From the NCBI GenBank assembly GCA_963749915.1, contig CAVVOP010000017.1:32001-96000 (forward strand): a stretch of 64,000 nt of DNA, given 5' to 3'. The translations under genes were made by a program, and so were the position numbers. Of this stretch, positions 21,857 through 31,820 are shown piece by piece. How positions within the stretch are numbered: the stretch's first letter is position 1; every line of letters begins with the position of its first letter. The notes under the pieces are model-generated. The model did not search any database, was not told where the DNA came from, and was given only the letters and a program-made list of their open reading frames with translations. Source of the stretch: an uncultured cyanobacterium. Lineage in GTDB: Bacteria > Cyanobacteriota > Cyanobacteriia > Cyanobacteriales > Cyanobacteriaceae.

Positions 21857-23059
21857 TCAATTATCATAATTCATCTCTGAGGATAAATATTTAGTAACGA
21901 CACTTAGTACTTTTTCTGTATCAATGGGTTTCCCCATAAAATCTGATGCACCCATCATTTTTGCTTTCATTCTTTCGATCATGCCGTCATTAGAAGTTAT
22001 CATGATGATGGGAGTTTGACGAAATATTGATAATTTTCTGAGACTAGCACATATTTCATAGCCATTAGTATTGGCCATCACTGAATCTAAAAAAATTAGG
22101 TCAGGTTTTGCCGCTAAAACTTTGGCGATGGCCTTGACAGGCTCAGTAATACCAATGAACTGGTATCCAGCTTTTTTGAGAATAGTAGCCATCATTTCGC
22201 AAATCATAGGACTATCCTCAATACAAGCAATCAAAGAGCTTTTTTCCCGGGATTGAATAATGGTAGGGAAAGAGATGGGAGTGGGTAAATCGGCGACGGA
22301 GACTAAATCAATATAACCTTCTTGAATATAGGGTAACAATGAACTACTAAACTGGTTTAAATCTCTTTTTAATTGTAAAGATAAATCTCGCAGAGAGTTT
22401 CTACCATTAAATAATCTAGTAAAAGCATTATAAGTTTTCGGAGGTATTTTTTGTTGTAACTGTTCCGGAGACTTAATGATAGGAGCTTTATTCGGAGAGC
22501 GATCCCCAAGATGAAGACTAACCCAAATTTGCCATTGTTGCCATGCAGGCACAATTATCTGATTAGCGTCAAGGAGAAAAATTTGTTCAGAAATAGGCAC
22601 ATTAACTTCAACATCAAGATGAAAAGTAATTTCTGTAGTTTGATTAAGATCGAAAAAAATCTCCATGAGGATATGATTAAGCATCTTGATCACTGATTCC
22701 CGATCTGTCCTATGGTTCAATAACCAACGACGCAATAATTCATATTCCCAACAAAACTTAATATTATCAAGAGAAATAGATTCGATTTGTTCTTCTAAAT
22801 ATTCTGTATCTGTGGCAATATTAGGGAGATAAGCCGCCAAATTGCGTCGCCAACGCCTAACAGAATTTTCCCCCCCTGTACCATAAATTAAACGCCCCAT
22901 ATATAGATAAAAACGCCATTCCGCCTTAGTGGGATAAACTAATCTGACCTCACCACTAAATTGATATTTTTTAAGGGTGTTAAAAAGGTAGGTTTGCTTT
23001 GATGCCACAAACCCCTTGATTGGCACATCATAGTTTTCTTTATTCGGGGTATCCATCAA
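21857..23059 (-). CDS. PatA-family response regulator (PATAN + REC)
   Basis: N-terminal FSG...WRFYLYMGRLIYGTGG...RRWRR; C-terminal REC (CIEDS, IFLD, KP). Confidence 0.85.
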   Translation of the reverse strand: MMDTPNKENYDVPIKGFVASKQTYLFNTLKKYQFSGEVRLVYPTKAEWRFYLYMGRLIYGTGGENSVRRWRRNLAAYLPNIATDTEYLEEQIESISLDNIKFCWEYELLRRWLLNHRTDRESVIKMLNHILMEIFFDLNQTTEITFHLDVEVNVPISEQIFLLDANQIIVPAWQQWQIWVSLHLGDRSPNKAPIIKSPEQLQQKIPPKTYNAFTRLFNGRNSLRDLSLQLKRDLNQFSSSLLPYIQEGYIDLVSVADLPTPISFPTIIQSREKSSLIACIEDSPMICEMMATILKKAGYQFIGITEPVKAIAKVLAAKPDLIFLDSVMANTNGYEICASLRKLSIFRQTPIIMITSNDGMIERMKAKMMGASDFMGKPIDTEKVLSVVTKYLSSEMNYDN

Positions 23060-23220
23060 TGATAAATTAGAAGTGGGCTGAATAATCGTTGTTTAGATCT
23101 TAATATAAAATTCGGAGATTTTCTGGTTTATAACTTCACTGCCACTGTAATAGCCATTCTTGTCCCGGTTATTCTTGCTATATATTGAGTATATATATTA
23201 ACACCCTAGTCTTATCCTTT

Positions 23221-24117
23221 ATGAGTATTAATTTTCAAACTATTGTTGCTACCTTAAATCAATTTTGGAGTGATAGAAATTGCTTAATCGCTCAACCCTA
23301 CGATACCGAAAAAGGTGCAGGTACCATGAGTCATCATACCTTCTTACGGGCTATCGGACCCGAACCTTGGTCAGTGGCATATATAGAACCTTGCAGAAGA
23401 CCTACGGACGGACGTTACGGAGAAAATCCCAACCGGGTACAACATTATTATCAATATCAAGTTTTAATTAAACCCTCTCCCGAGAATATTCAAGACATTT
23501 ATTTGGACTCCCTAAAAGCATTAGGAATCCACCCCGAAGATCATGATATTCGCTTTGTGGAAGATGACTGGGAATCTCCCACCCTAGGTGCATGGGGTGT
23601 CGGTTGGGAAGTGTGGTTAGACGGCATGGAAATCACCCAATTTACCTATTTTCAACAGTGTGGCGGTATCGACTGTCATCCAGTATCTATTGAAATCACC
23701 TATGGTTTAGAAAGATTAGCCATGTATCTTCAAGACGTAGATAGTATTTATGAAATTCAGTGGAATGATGATGTAAAATACGGCGACATTTTCTTGCAGG
23801 GAGAAATCGAACAATGTACTTATAATTTTGAGGCATCCAACCCAGATTTTCTATTTAAACTCTTTAGTTTGTATGAGGAAGAAGCCAAGCAATTAATAGA
23901 AAAAAACCTCGTTTTACCCAGCTTAGACTATGTTTTGAAATGTTCTCACTGCTTTAATTTACTGGATGCAAGAGGAGTAATTGCTGTAACAGAAAGAACT
24001 CTTTATATTGGCAGAATACGCAGTTTAGCACGTCAAGTTGCTCATCAATATTTAAGTCAAAGAGAATCGTTAAACTTCCCTTTAATTAAAGATAATGCGG
24101 TCAAAATGGCTGCTTAA
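23221..24117 (+). CDS. glyQ: Glycyl-tRNA synthetase alpha subunit (ATG 23221 preferred as start)
   Basis: [32 protein letters not shown]. Confidence 0.98.
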   Translation: MSINFQTIVATLNQFWSDRNCLIAQPYDTEKGAGTMSHHTFLRAIGPEPWSVAYIEPCRRPTDGRYGENPNRVQHYYQYQVLIKPSPENIQDIYLDSLKALGIHPEDHDIRFVEDDWESPTLGAWGVGWEVWLDGMEITQFTYFQQCGGIDCHPVSIEITYGLERLAMYLQDVDSIYEIQWNDDVKYGDIFLQGEIEQCTYNFEASNPDFLFKLFSLYEEEAKQLIEKNLVLPSLDYVLKCSHCFNLLDARGVIAVTERTLYIGRIRSLARQVAHQYLSQRESLNFPLIKDNAVKMAA

Positions 24118-24695
24118 TCTTTAAGAAGACTAATGTTTACCTCTCCTTGTCGTAAGATTTGCCAAGTTTCTCCCGTCCATTTTATAACGGTAGAAGCAAC
24201 ACCGGAATTTCGACTATTATCATAATCTAAAACGTAAACTGAGGGGAATTTAGCAGCAATAGCTGACATATTCGTTAAAGCCTCTTCCCCTGATAAGTTG
24301 GCACTGGTGGTGGCTAATGCACCTGTGTGTTCAAGAATTTCTTGGGCGATCTCACAATTCGGCACACGAACCCCTATACTATTGGCATTAAGAGGATTCA
24401 TTGTGGGCGGAATCAGGGAAGACGCAGGTAAAACCATCGTTAAACCGCCGGGTAAATATTGATAAGCTATATCTTGCCAGATTTTTAATTCTGCTGATGT
24501 ACCTTTGACATATTGCCAGATTTCTTCTATGCTGCTGGTCATTAAAATTAAAGGTTTTTCGTAACTTCTCTGCTTTAACTCAAAAATTAACTCGCTGTGA
24601 CTGGGTTTTACGGCTAAAGCAGGTAATGTGTCAGTGGGAAAACTAACGACTTGATTGGCCATCGCCTTTTTGATTAAGACAGAAGCGGAAACCAT
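24114..24695 (-). CDS. tsaC: L-threonylcarbamoyladenylate synthase (TsaC/Sua5/YrdC family)
   Basis: [36 protein letters not shown]. Stop overlaps the glyQ stop by 4 bp (convergent). Confidence 0.88.
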   Translation of the reverse strand: MVSASVLIKKAMANQVVSFPTDTLPALAVKPSHSELIFELKQRSYEKPLILMTSSIEEIWQYVKGTSAELKIWQDIAYQYLPGGLTMVLPASSLIPPTMNPLNANSIGVRVPNCEIAQEILEHTGALATTSANLSGEEALTNMSAIAAKFPSVYVLDYDNSRNSGVASTVIKWTGETWQILRQGEVNISLLKD

Positions 24696-24766
24696 AAGAT
24701 AAATTTACAGTTGACAGTTGATGGTTGATAATTAATTGTTAATTGTTAATTGTTAATTATTTTAGA

Positions 24767-25762
24767 ATGCGTATAGTTTTTTTTGGTACACCCGAATTTG
24801 CCGTTCCCACTTTAGCAAAATTACTCAACGACTCCCCTCATGATGTCATCGCCGTTGTCACCCAACCCGACAAAAGACGAGGCAGAGGCAATAAAATGAG
24901 ACCTTCTCCCGTGAAAGAATTGGCGTTAAAACATAACTTACCTGTGTGGCAACCCACAAGAATTAACAAAGATAAAGAGACTTTAGAATTATTACATAAA
25001 AGTCATGGTGATGTATTTGTGGTTGTCGCCTATGGACAAATTTTATCCGAAAAAATTCTTAATATCCCACAATTAGGCTGTATTAATGTTCACGGTTCAA
25101 TCTTGCCTGAATATCGGGGTGCGGCACCTATTCAATGGAGTATTTATGACGGGAAAACGGAAACAGGAATAACTACCATATTAATGGATAAGGGAATGGA
25201 TACGGGAGACATGTTACTTAAAGCCTATATCCCTATCGACTTATTCATCAATGTAGAACAATTATCGGACAAATTAGCCTCACAAGGTGCAGATTTATTG
25301 TTACAAACTTTAACTAAATTGGAAACCAAAAACATTCAACCTATCCCCCAAAATAATGATTTAGCTACCTATGCACGTTTAATTGATAAAGCTGATTATT
25401 ATCTCGATTGGAGTAAATCCACCTTACAAATTCACAACCAGATTAGGGCATTTTACCCCCATTGTCGCACCACTTTTCGAGAACAAATTTTAAAAATAAC
25501 CCAAGGGATACCCTTAACAGAAATAAAAACCCTAGACTTGCCCCCCAATTTAAGCAAGTTATCATCATTTTTACAAGATATAGATACCCTTTCGGGAGAA
25601 GTTGGGGAGATAGTAAAAACCATTAAAAATTTTGGTTTTGTGGTGCAAACGGGATCCGGTTTATTATTAGTATTAGAGGTGCAGTTAGCGGATAAAAAAC
25701 AACAGTCCGCATGGAATTTTATTAACGGTACTCATTTACAATTAGGGGAAAAACTTTGTTAA
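24767..25762 (+). CDS. fmt: Methionyl-tRNA formyltransferase (ATG 24767 preferred as start)
   Basis: FFGTPEFA, VTQPD, INVHGSILPEYRGAAPI, MDTGD. Confidence 0.97.
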   Translation: MRIVFFGTPEFAVPTLAKLLNDSPHDVIAVVTQPDKRRGRGNKMRPSPVKELALKHNLPVWQPTRINKDKETLELLHKSHGDVFVVVAYGQILSEKILNIPQLGCINVHGSILPEYRGAAPIQWSIYDGKTETGITTILMDKGMDTGDMLLKAYIPIDLFINVEQLSDKLASQGADLLLQTLTKLETKNIQPIPQNNDLATYARLIDKADYYLDWSKSTLQIHNQIRAFYPHCRTTFREQILKITQGIPLTEIKTLDLPPNLSKLSSFLQDIDTLSGEVGEIVKTIKNFGFVVQTGSGLLLVLEVQLADKKQQSAWNFINGTHLQLGEKLC

Positions 25763-25962
25763 TTTTTGTTAAACCAGCAATTCTAATTTTGCAAAAAAGA
25801 ACAGCCAATGTCTGTTTTATTTTCAGAAAACTGTGAGATTAGGGGTCGTTTTCGGTAAAATTATAGATGAATAAAAAAAATTAATAATGAGTGATAAAAG
25901 TGTCCCAGCAAAATTAAGGTTATTATATAAAATAAAACTTGTAAATTAGATAGTTTTTTCTG

Positions 25963-26973
25963 ATGAAAATGTCAAACATATCGATAAAATGGATGAAAAG
26001 AATGACCTTTATTTTCATCTTAATAATAGTCTTATTTTCTATTGCCACTTTTGCCTCTTTTTCTCCTAAATTTGGCCTACCCATTGACTGTAATTTAGGC
26101 AAAAATTGTTATATTATGCACTATGTTGATCTTGATCCCACCCCCAAAGCGATCGACTTTGGTTGTGGCAGACAAACCTATGATACTCACAACGGCACAG
26201 ATTTTGGCATCCCCAATTTAGAAGTTATGAAACAAGGTATCTCCGTTACGGCCATCGCTGATGGTGTTGTCTTAAGGGTAAGAGACGGAGTGGCAGATCA
26301 TTTAGTAGGGAATGAAGATGACAAGAAGGCAACAGAAGGTCAAGAATGTGGCAATGGGGTCGTAATTAAACACGAAAATGGTTGGGAGAGTCAATATTGT
26401 CATTTAAAACAAAATAGTATCGTTGTCAAAAATGGCATGAAAGTAGAAAAAGGGGCAACTTTAGGGATGGTAGGATTATCAGGATTATCCTCTTTTCCCC
26501 ATGTTCATTTAAGTTTAAGACAGGGGGGAAAAATTGTCGATCCTTTTGTGGGAGTGACGGACAAAACAGGTTGTGAAGTAGCGAAAAAACCCCTCTGGGA
26601 AAAACAGATTGCTTATATCCCAACAGGATTAATAGAGGCTGGTTTTGCTTCAGAAATTCCCACTCAACAAAAACTATGGGAAGGTAAATTTTATAATAGT
26701 CAAATTAATAGTACAAGTCCTCAATTAATTTTTTGGATTCATGCTTTTGGAGTCTTAGAAAATGATAGAGAATCTTTCCAATTAATTAACCCTAATAATC
26801 AAGTAATTATCAATCAAGAAAAACCGATAAAGAAATCTTCTCGCACATGGATGACTTATGTAGGAAAAAATAATAAATCTACTTTAGAAAAAGGCTTATG
26901 GATAGGTAAATATCAACTAAAAAGAGGCAATAAAATTATTGTTGATTTGGAGCGTAAAATAAATATAACTTAG
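25963..26973 (+). CDS. M23-family metallopeptidase, exported
   Basis: Signal or anchor sequence, HNGTD (HxxxD), YCHL, FPHVH (HxH). Confidence 0.88.
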   Translation: MKMSNISIKWMKRMTFIFILIIVLFSIATFASFSPKFGLPIDCNLGKNCYIMHYVDLDPTPKAIDFGCGRQTYDTHNGTDFGIPNLEVMKQGISVTAIADGVVLRVRDGVADHLVGNEDDKKATEGQECGNGVVIKHENGWESQYCHLKQNSIVVKNGMKVEKGATLGMVGLSGLSSFPHVHLSLRQGGKIVDPFVGVTDKTGCEVAKKPLWEKQIAYIPTGLIEAGFASEIPTQQKLWEGKFYNSQINSTSPQLIFWIHAFGVLENDRESFQLINPNNQVIINQEKPIKKSSRTWMTYVGKNNKSTLEKGLWIGKYQLKRGNKIIVDLERKINIT

Positions 26974-27105
26974 CCATGGGATTTTTTTAAAGGGTTGAGG
27001 ATTGCGAAATAAGTGCCTCTTAGCTTATTTTCCACATTCATGGTAATCAAGATATAAAAAGTAATGACTGTTAAAGACTTTTTGTCAGATGAAGAAAAAA
27101 AATAA

Positions 27106-28341
27106 TTAATTGCTGTTTTTTGGTAGTAAAAACCGCCAACTATCGGGCTCAAATGGTTTCCCTTTAAGCATTCTATTCCAGTACAACCAAGGTAAGACAT
27201 ATTTCTTTACTAACCACATACTTTCTCGTTCTTTAGTAGGATCTAACGGAAAACTTGCCAACGGTTTTTTATCATAGTCAAATTCCGCCATGATAGTTCT
27301 ACCATAACCCGTAATCAGGGGGCAACAAGCATAACCGTTATATTTATCTAAGGGCGTTTTTTGATTCATCAAGGCTAAAATATTCCCCACGACTACAGGT
27401 GCTTCCTTACGAATAGCGGCGGCGGTTTTAGATGTTGGTAAACTGGAAGAGTCTCCTAAACTAAAGACATTTTTATAATTAGTATGCTGGCAAGTGTATT
27501 GATCTACGTCAACCCAACCCTGTTCATTGCTAAGAGGACTTTGTTTGATGAAATCATAAGTAGTCATAGGAGGCGAAACGTGAATCATGTCATATTTGAT
27601 GGTAACGGTGTTTCCTTCCTCTGTGGCGAATACAGCTTCTTTACTATCGGCCTTAATCTCGATTAGGTTATGATTGTATTTAACATCGATTTTTTTGCGA
27701 TGGACAATTTCCTCTAAGGGTTTACAATAAGTAGGCACACCGAACATTTTTCCTGTGGCATTACCATAGATAATATTGGTTTTTTCTCTAATTCCTTGAC
27801 GAGTAAAGGCTTCCTCCGCTAAATACATAATCTTTTGTGGTGCCCCTGGACATTTTATCGCCCCGGCAGGAAAAGTGAAAATAGCCGTACCCCCCTTGAA
27901 ACTTTGGATAGTTTTCCATGTATAAGGAGCATTTTCTTTAGTGTAATTAGTCGTAACGCCATCTTTCCCCAAAGACTCTTTCAAACCCCTGATTTTATCC
28001 CAATCGATTTGAATACCGGGGCAAACGACTAAATATTCATAATCATAAATTTTACCCGTTTTTGTGGTTACCTGATTATGATCAGGATCAATATTTTCTG
28101 CATAATCTTTAATCCATGTCACCCCGTAAGGAATTAAATTCTGCTCATGTTTAACAGTATCCTCTAGTAAATATTCTCCACCGCCAACTAACGTCCATGC
28201 AGGTTGATAGTAATGGTTTTCAGACGGTTCGATAATGGCCATTTTTAGGTTAGAATTTTGTCTTTTTAGTTGAGATGCAACAGTAATACCCGCCGCTCCA
28301 CCGCCGATAATTAGTATTTGAAAAGATTGATTATTGCCCAT
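27106..28341 (-). CDS. sqr: Sulfide:quinone oxidoreductase (type II-like)
   Basis: GGGAAG FAD motif, HYYQPAWTLVGGG, IKCPGAPQK, PTSKTAAA, YACCPLITG, LPWLYW. Confidence 0.88.
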   Translation of the reverse strand: MGNNQSFQILIIGGGAAGITVASQLKRQNSNLKMAIIEPSENHYYQPAWTLVGGGEYLLEDTVKHEQNLIPYGVTWIKDYAENIDPDHNQVTTKTGKIYDYEYLVVCPGIQIDWDKIRGLKESLGKDGVTTNYTKENAPYTWKTIQSFKGGTAIFTFPAGAIKCPGAPQKIMYLAEEAFTRQGIREKTNIIYGNATGKMFGVPTYCKPLEEIVHRKKIDVKYNHNLIEIKADSKEAVFATEEGNTVTIKYDMIHVSPPMTTYDFIKQSPLSNEQGWVDVDQYTCQHTNYKNVFSLGDSSSLPTSKTAAAIRKEAPVVVGNILALMNQKTPLDKYNGYACCPLITGYGRTIMAEFDYDKKPLASFPLDPTKERESMWLVKKYVLPWLYWNRMLKGKPFEPDSWRFLLPKNSN

Positions 28342-28493
28342 ATTTCTACTTCAATTAAATTTGATAGTTATGATCATTTATTCTAAGTTTAATTGAATTA
28401 TTAAGGGGTTAGCAAGAAAGATACCATAACACAAAAACATTTTGTTGACTCTCTTTTTGGGATTGCGGCCTAAAAAATCAGATAGGTATAGAA

Positions 28494-29207
28494 TTATCGA
28501 GATAACTTTTGGATTTCCTGATGAACACTTAGGCTAATTTGCAGGGCTTCGCTTAATACTTGTCCGTACTCCGTTGCCTGTTGCTCGATCGCCAAAGTTT
28601 GCAAAGTGCCTAAATTATTTTCAATACTAGCCAATAAATCCTTTCGCCGTGCCAATAGTCCACGACTTTGTCGGAGAATTTTTTCTGCTATCAACCCGGC
28701 GATCAAACTATTGCGAATCAACTGCAATGCTTCGAGAACATCATTGCCATTGACAAGATTGGCGGGAGAACCACTAACAGCTTTGAAGCGATCTAGAACT
28801 ACCACAGTTTGTAAAACATCATGATAGTGATCGATTTCATCTAGCAAGTGCATCAGGGTTTTCAAGGTTTTGGCTTTGATTATCATGTAGAGATTCCAGC
28901 CAATTATAATAACCATAGTCAATCCTAATGTAACTTGCAAAAAGTTCAGAATAGTGGGAAAATCACTGATTGTTTCTTGAGAGTTGCGAATAGTAAAAAG
29001 GCCCACTGGCAAAGTGAAGGCGAAAGTTAAAGCCGTAACCAATAACTCAGTAAAACAAAATAGAAACAGTCTTTGAGGATGCCGAAAAAGAGAAGATCTA
29101 TAGACACCGCCAAATACCCCCCCAACAAATATTTCACTGACATCTAAACCGCTCAAAATTTCTATTTCTTTTTCGGTAATTCTGAGGTTTTTGAGTTCGG
29201 GATTCAT
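28494..29207 (-). CDS. Hypothetical membrane protein (2 TM plus helical C-terminus)
   Basis: Long ORF with two hydrophobic segments; co-oriented with 29269-29943. Confidence 0.75.
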   Translation of the reverse strand: MNPELKNLRITEKEIEILSGLDVSEIFVGGVFGGVYRSSLFRHPQRLFLFCFTELLVTALTFAFTLPVGLFTIRNSQETISDFPTILNFLQVTLGLTMVIIIGWNLYMIIKAKTLKTLMHLLDEIDHYHDVLQTVVVLDRFKAVSGSPANLVNGNDVLEALQLIRNSLIAGLIAEKILRQSRGLLARRKDLLASIENNLGTLQTLAIEQQATEYGQVLSEALQISLSVHQEIQKLSR

Positions 29208-29268
29208 GGCTGTGAGTTTACCTCTTTCAATTCAGTTATAATTGGCAGTAACTTGGGATGGCGGGGGA

Positions 29269-29943
29269 TCAAAATAGAAAATCTACCAGTGCATTCCAGA
29301 CTCCAGAGAAAAAGGTGCCTTCCCTCGGACGGAACAGTTCAAATTGACCGGCAGAACCGAAAAAGGGACGGAGTGTCCAGCCTAACTGACTGCCGACAAA
29401 ACCATAAAGGACTAGCCAGAATCTTAAAATATTGGTACGGACTTTGATATTTTGCTGAGTATCATCATCACCAACTGGTTTCATGATCTGGTACAAAAAA
29501 GAAACTCCAATAATACCTGTCAGAGCAAAAATGACCACATTTAGAAGTACAAAAAAAGGGTAATCGTTGACGGTGATTAAAAAGAAGAGAACAACTGGTG
29601 CAAAACCACAAAGTAAGACGGCAATTACCGTTACGGCAGTGAGCAAATAAGTGAAGTGTTGGGCAATACTTTGTTTGGCACCAAACAGGACATTGAAAAT
29701 ATAAAGTGTTGGCAAGCAGACCAGCAGAGTTATCAGGTAAAGGGCGGGTAATTTAATGGCAGAAGAAACTGCTTGTAGTGGACTGTGAAATGTGCCGATG
29801 ATAGCTCCGTAGATAGAAAACAAACAAAAGCTGGAAAGCATCAGAGAAGAAGTTTTACTTTTTAGTTTTACACTGTCATGAATTTCTGCTAAGAATTCTT
29901 GGCGATCGCGTAACAGATAAATAACCGTTGAAAAGTAGTTCAT
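29269..29943 (-). CDS. Conserved multi-pass membrane protein (AIKLP...CLPTLY...QLGWTLRPF family)
   Basis: About 5 TM segments and a conserved-looking GFVGSQLGWTLRPFFG motif; AGGAG Shine-Dalgarno upstream. Confidence 0.75.
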   Translation of the reverse strand: MNYFSTVIYLLRDRQEFLAEIHDSVKLKSKTSSLMLSSFCLFSIYGAIIGTFHSPLQAVSSAIKLPALYLITLLVCLPTLYIFNVLFGAKQSIAQHFTYLLTAVTVIAVLLCGFAPVVLFFLITVNDYPFFVLLNVVIFALTGIIGVSFLYQIMKPVGDDDTQQNIKVRTNILRFWLVLYGFVGSQLGWTLRPFFGSAGQFELFRPREGTFFSGVWNALVDFLF

Positions 29944-30068
29944 TTGGATTCAGTATTCTCCTCAGTTATTAAATATTTCCCGTTTTTATTGAAAAAACCA
30001 TAGCAAATAAATTATAGCTAGCAATTCTTATTATGGAAATGACATATCGCCTTCATTTAAACCCAAAC

Positions 30069-31649
30069 TCAACTAATTTTTGGGATGATTTTTAAATTTT
30101 GTCCTTGATATAGATAAAAGACTTCTGTTATCTCACCAGACCGTTTAAGAGGAATCTGAGCAATTTCTCGCCAATTTTCAAAATATTGACTGAATTTACC
30201 CCCTTCTTGCGAAAAACGCTTGGAAGTAAGATATAATCCCGTTTTTCCCTTCAGTTCCTCTAACGGGTACCAATAATTAAACCCACGACTATCATCGCTA
30301 AAACAAACTAAAGGTATATCTGTTAAGGGTGCAATCGCCATACCAATGTAACCGCCGAGATAGTATTGATTAGTAAAAATAAAATCGGCGGATTTCAAGG
30401 CTTCAGTAAAGAAGGGAGAAGATGCCAAATTAGCTCTAAGTTGTACAATGTCAATTAATTCTGTAGAGGGATCATTTTGAGGTGAGATTAAACCGGAAAA
30501 AAAGATATTTTGACTGGGTTTTTGGAATAATCCCCAATGAGAGTGGGCCAAGACCAGGAGAAGAATAGTATTAATAGTCAGCAAAGAAAGATATAACCAA
30601 CGTTTAACGAGTTTTTCGGAGTATTTAAGCCATTGATGTGCAAAATCTCCCAAAATTAATGTTAAACTCCAAAATCCGGGCATTGCCCATGTTGGTAATA
30701 TTTGAGTGACTGCACCCAAAACAGTGAATCCCATGGTTAAGGGTAAAGAAACCCATAGAATCAGTTGATAACGATAATTATGCCTGATGGTAATTTCACT
30801 CCACAGACTTTTAAAACTTACCCACCAGAGGGGAAAACCAAAAGTAGGGAATAAGTAACCGACTCCTACCAATGCCACAAGAATGATATTGAGGGGATTA
30901 ATAATTAATGGGGAGGGATTGCTAGATTTAAAACGCCCTGATAATTGAAAGCCGAAAGAAATCCAGTCGTGTTGCCAATTCCAGTATAAAAGAGGAAATA
31001 AGGTTAAAAGGAATAAACCTGCGGCGATAAGTAACCAATAAGAGGTAAATACTCGGCGGTAGGGAGGATTAAAAAAACAAAATCCCACTAATCCCAATCC
31101 CAAAATAAAGCCGTGATATTTTCCTAAACAGGCCAAACCAACACTAACACCGATGAAGGCAATACGATAACTAGGTTGATAATTAGATAAATTTTCGTGG
31201 AGAAAAAACTCATAAGAGGAGCATAATAGAGTCAATGTCCAAAAAAATATTAATGGTACATCAGGTAAAGTTAAAACTCCAAAAGCAATGGTAAAAATGG
31301 GAATTATTGAGGCGATAATCAGAGTTAATAAGGCACTTTGATCATCAAATAATTTTTTCCCTGTTAAATAGAGAAAATAAAGACTGGCAGTAAAAATAAT
31401 TAACGTACTGATTCTGATAGTAAATTGATTCACTTCCCCCGTCAACCAGACTCCGAAACCGGTGGTTAAAGATACTAAAATGGGATGATCAAAATAACTC
31501 CAATCTAAATTTTGACTATAGATATAGTAATAGGCTTCATCATATCCGGGAAATAAATAAACGGCGATAATGGTGCGTATAATGAGCCCCAATAAGAGAA
31601 TAGTTACTAATGGAGAGAAGAAAATTGATAGTTTGGTTATTTTAGTCAT
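30069..31649 (-). CDS. GT39/ArnT-like (GT-C fold) membrane glycosyltransferase (ATG 31649 preferred as start)
   Basis: DEAYY, SYFDHP, PDVP, LGKY; many TM segments. Confidence 0.85.
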   Translation of the reverse strand: MTKITKLSIFFSPLVTILLLGLIIRTIIAVYLFPGYDEAYYYIYSQNLDWSYFDHPILVSLTTGFGVWLTGEVNQFTIRISTLIIFTASLYFLYLTGKKLFDDQSALLTLIIASIIPIFTIAFGVLTLPDVPLIFFWTLTLLCSSYEFFLHENLSNYQPSYRIAFIGVSVGLACLGKYHGFILGLGLVGFCFFNPPYRRVFTSYWLLIAAGLFLLTLFPLLYWNWQHDWISFGFQLSGRFKSSNPSPLIINPLNIILVALVGVGYLFPTFGFPLWWVSFKSLWSEITIRHNYRYQLILWVSLPLTMGFTVLGAVTQILPTWAMPGFWSLTLILGDFAHQWLKYSEKLVKRWLYLSLLTINTILLLVLAHSHWGLFQKPSQNIFFSGLISPQNDPSTELIDIVQLRANLASSPFFTEALKSADFIFTNQYYLGGYIGMAIAPLTDIPLVCFSDDSRGFNYWYPLEELKGKTGLYLTSKRFSQEGGKFSQYFENWREIAQIPLKRSGEITEVFYLYQGQNLKIIPKIS

Positions 31650-31820
31650 TGCCAGAAGTTGCAATTGCTTCGAGGGTTTTATTTTATAATGAAACAGCCC
31701 TACCATGGTGATAGGGAGATAAAAAGCAAAAATGTTCAGAATGAACAGTTAAATATAGATTAAAAACGAGACACTAGAAAATGCCTCTCAAACCCAGTAC
31801 CCTCTAAAAGCAAAAAAACC

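Noticed and set aside
23221..24117. glyQ without adjacent glyS
   Set aside because: Separate loci are normal in cyanobacteria.
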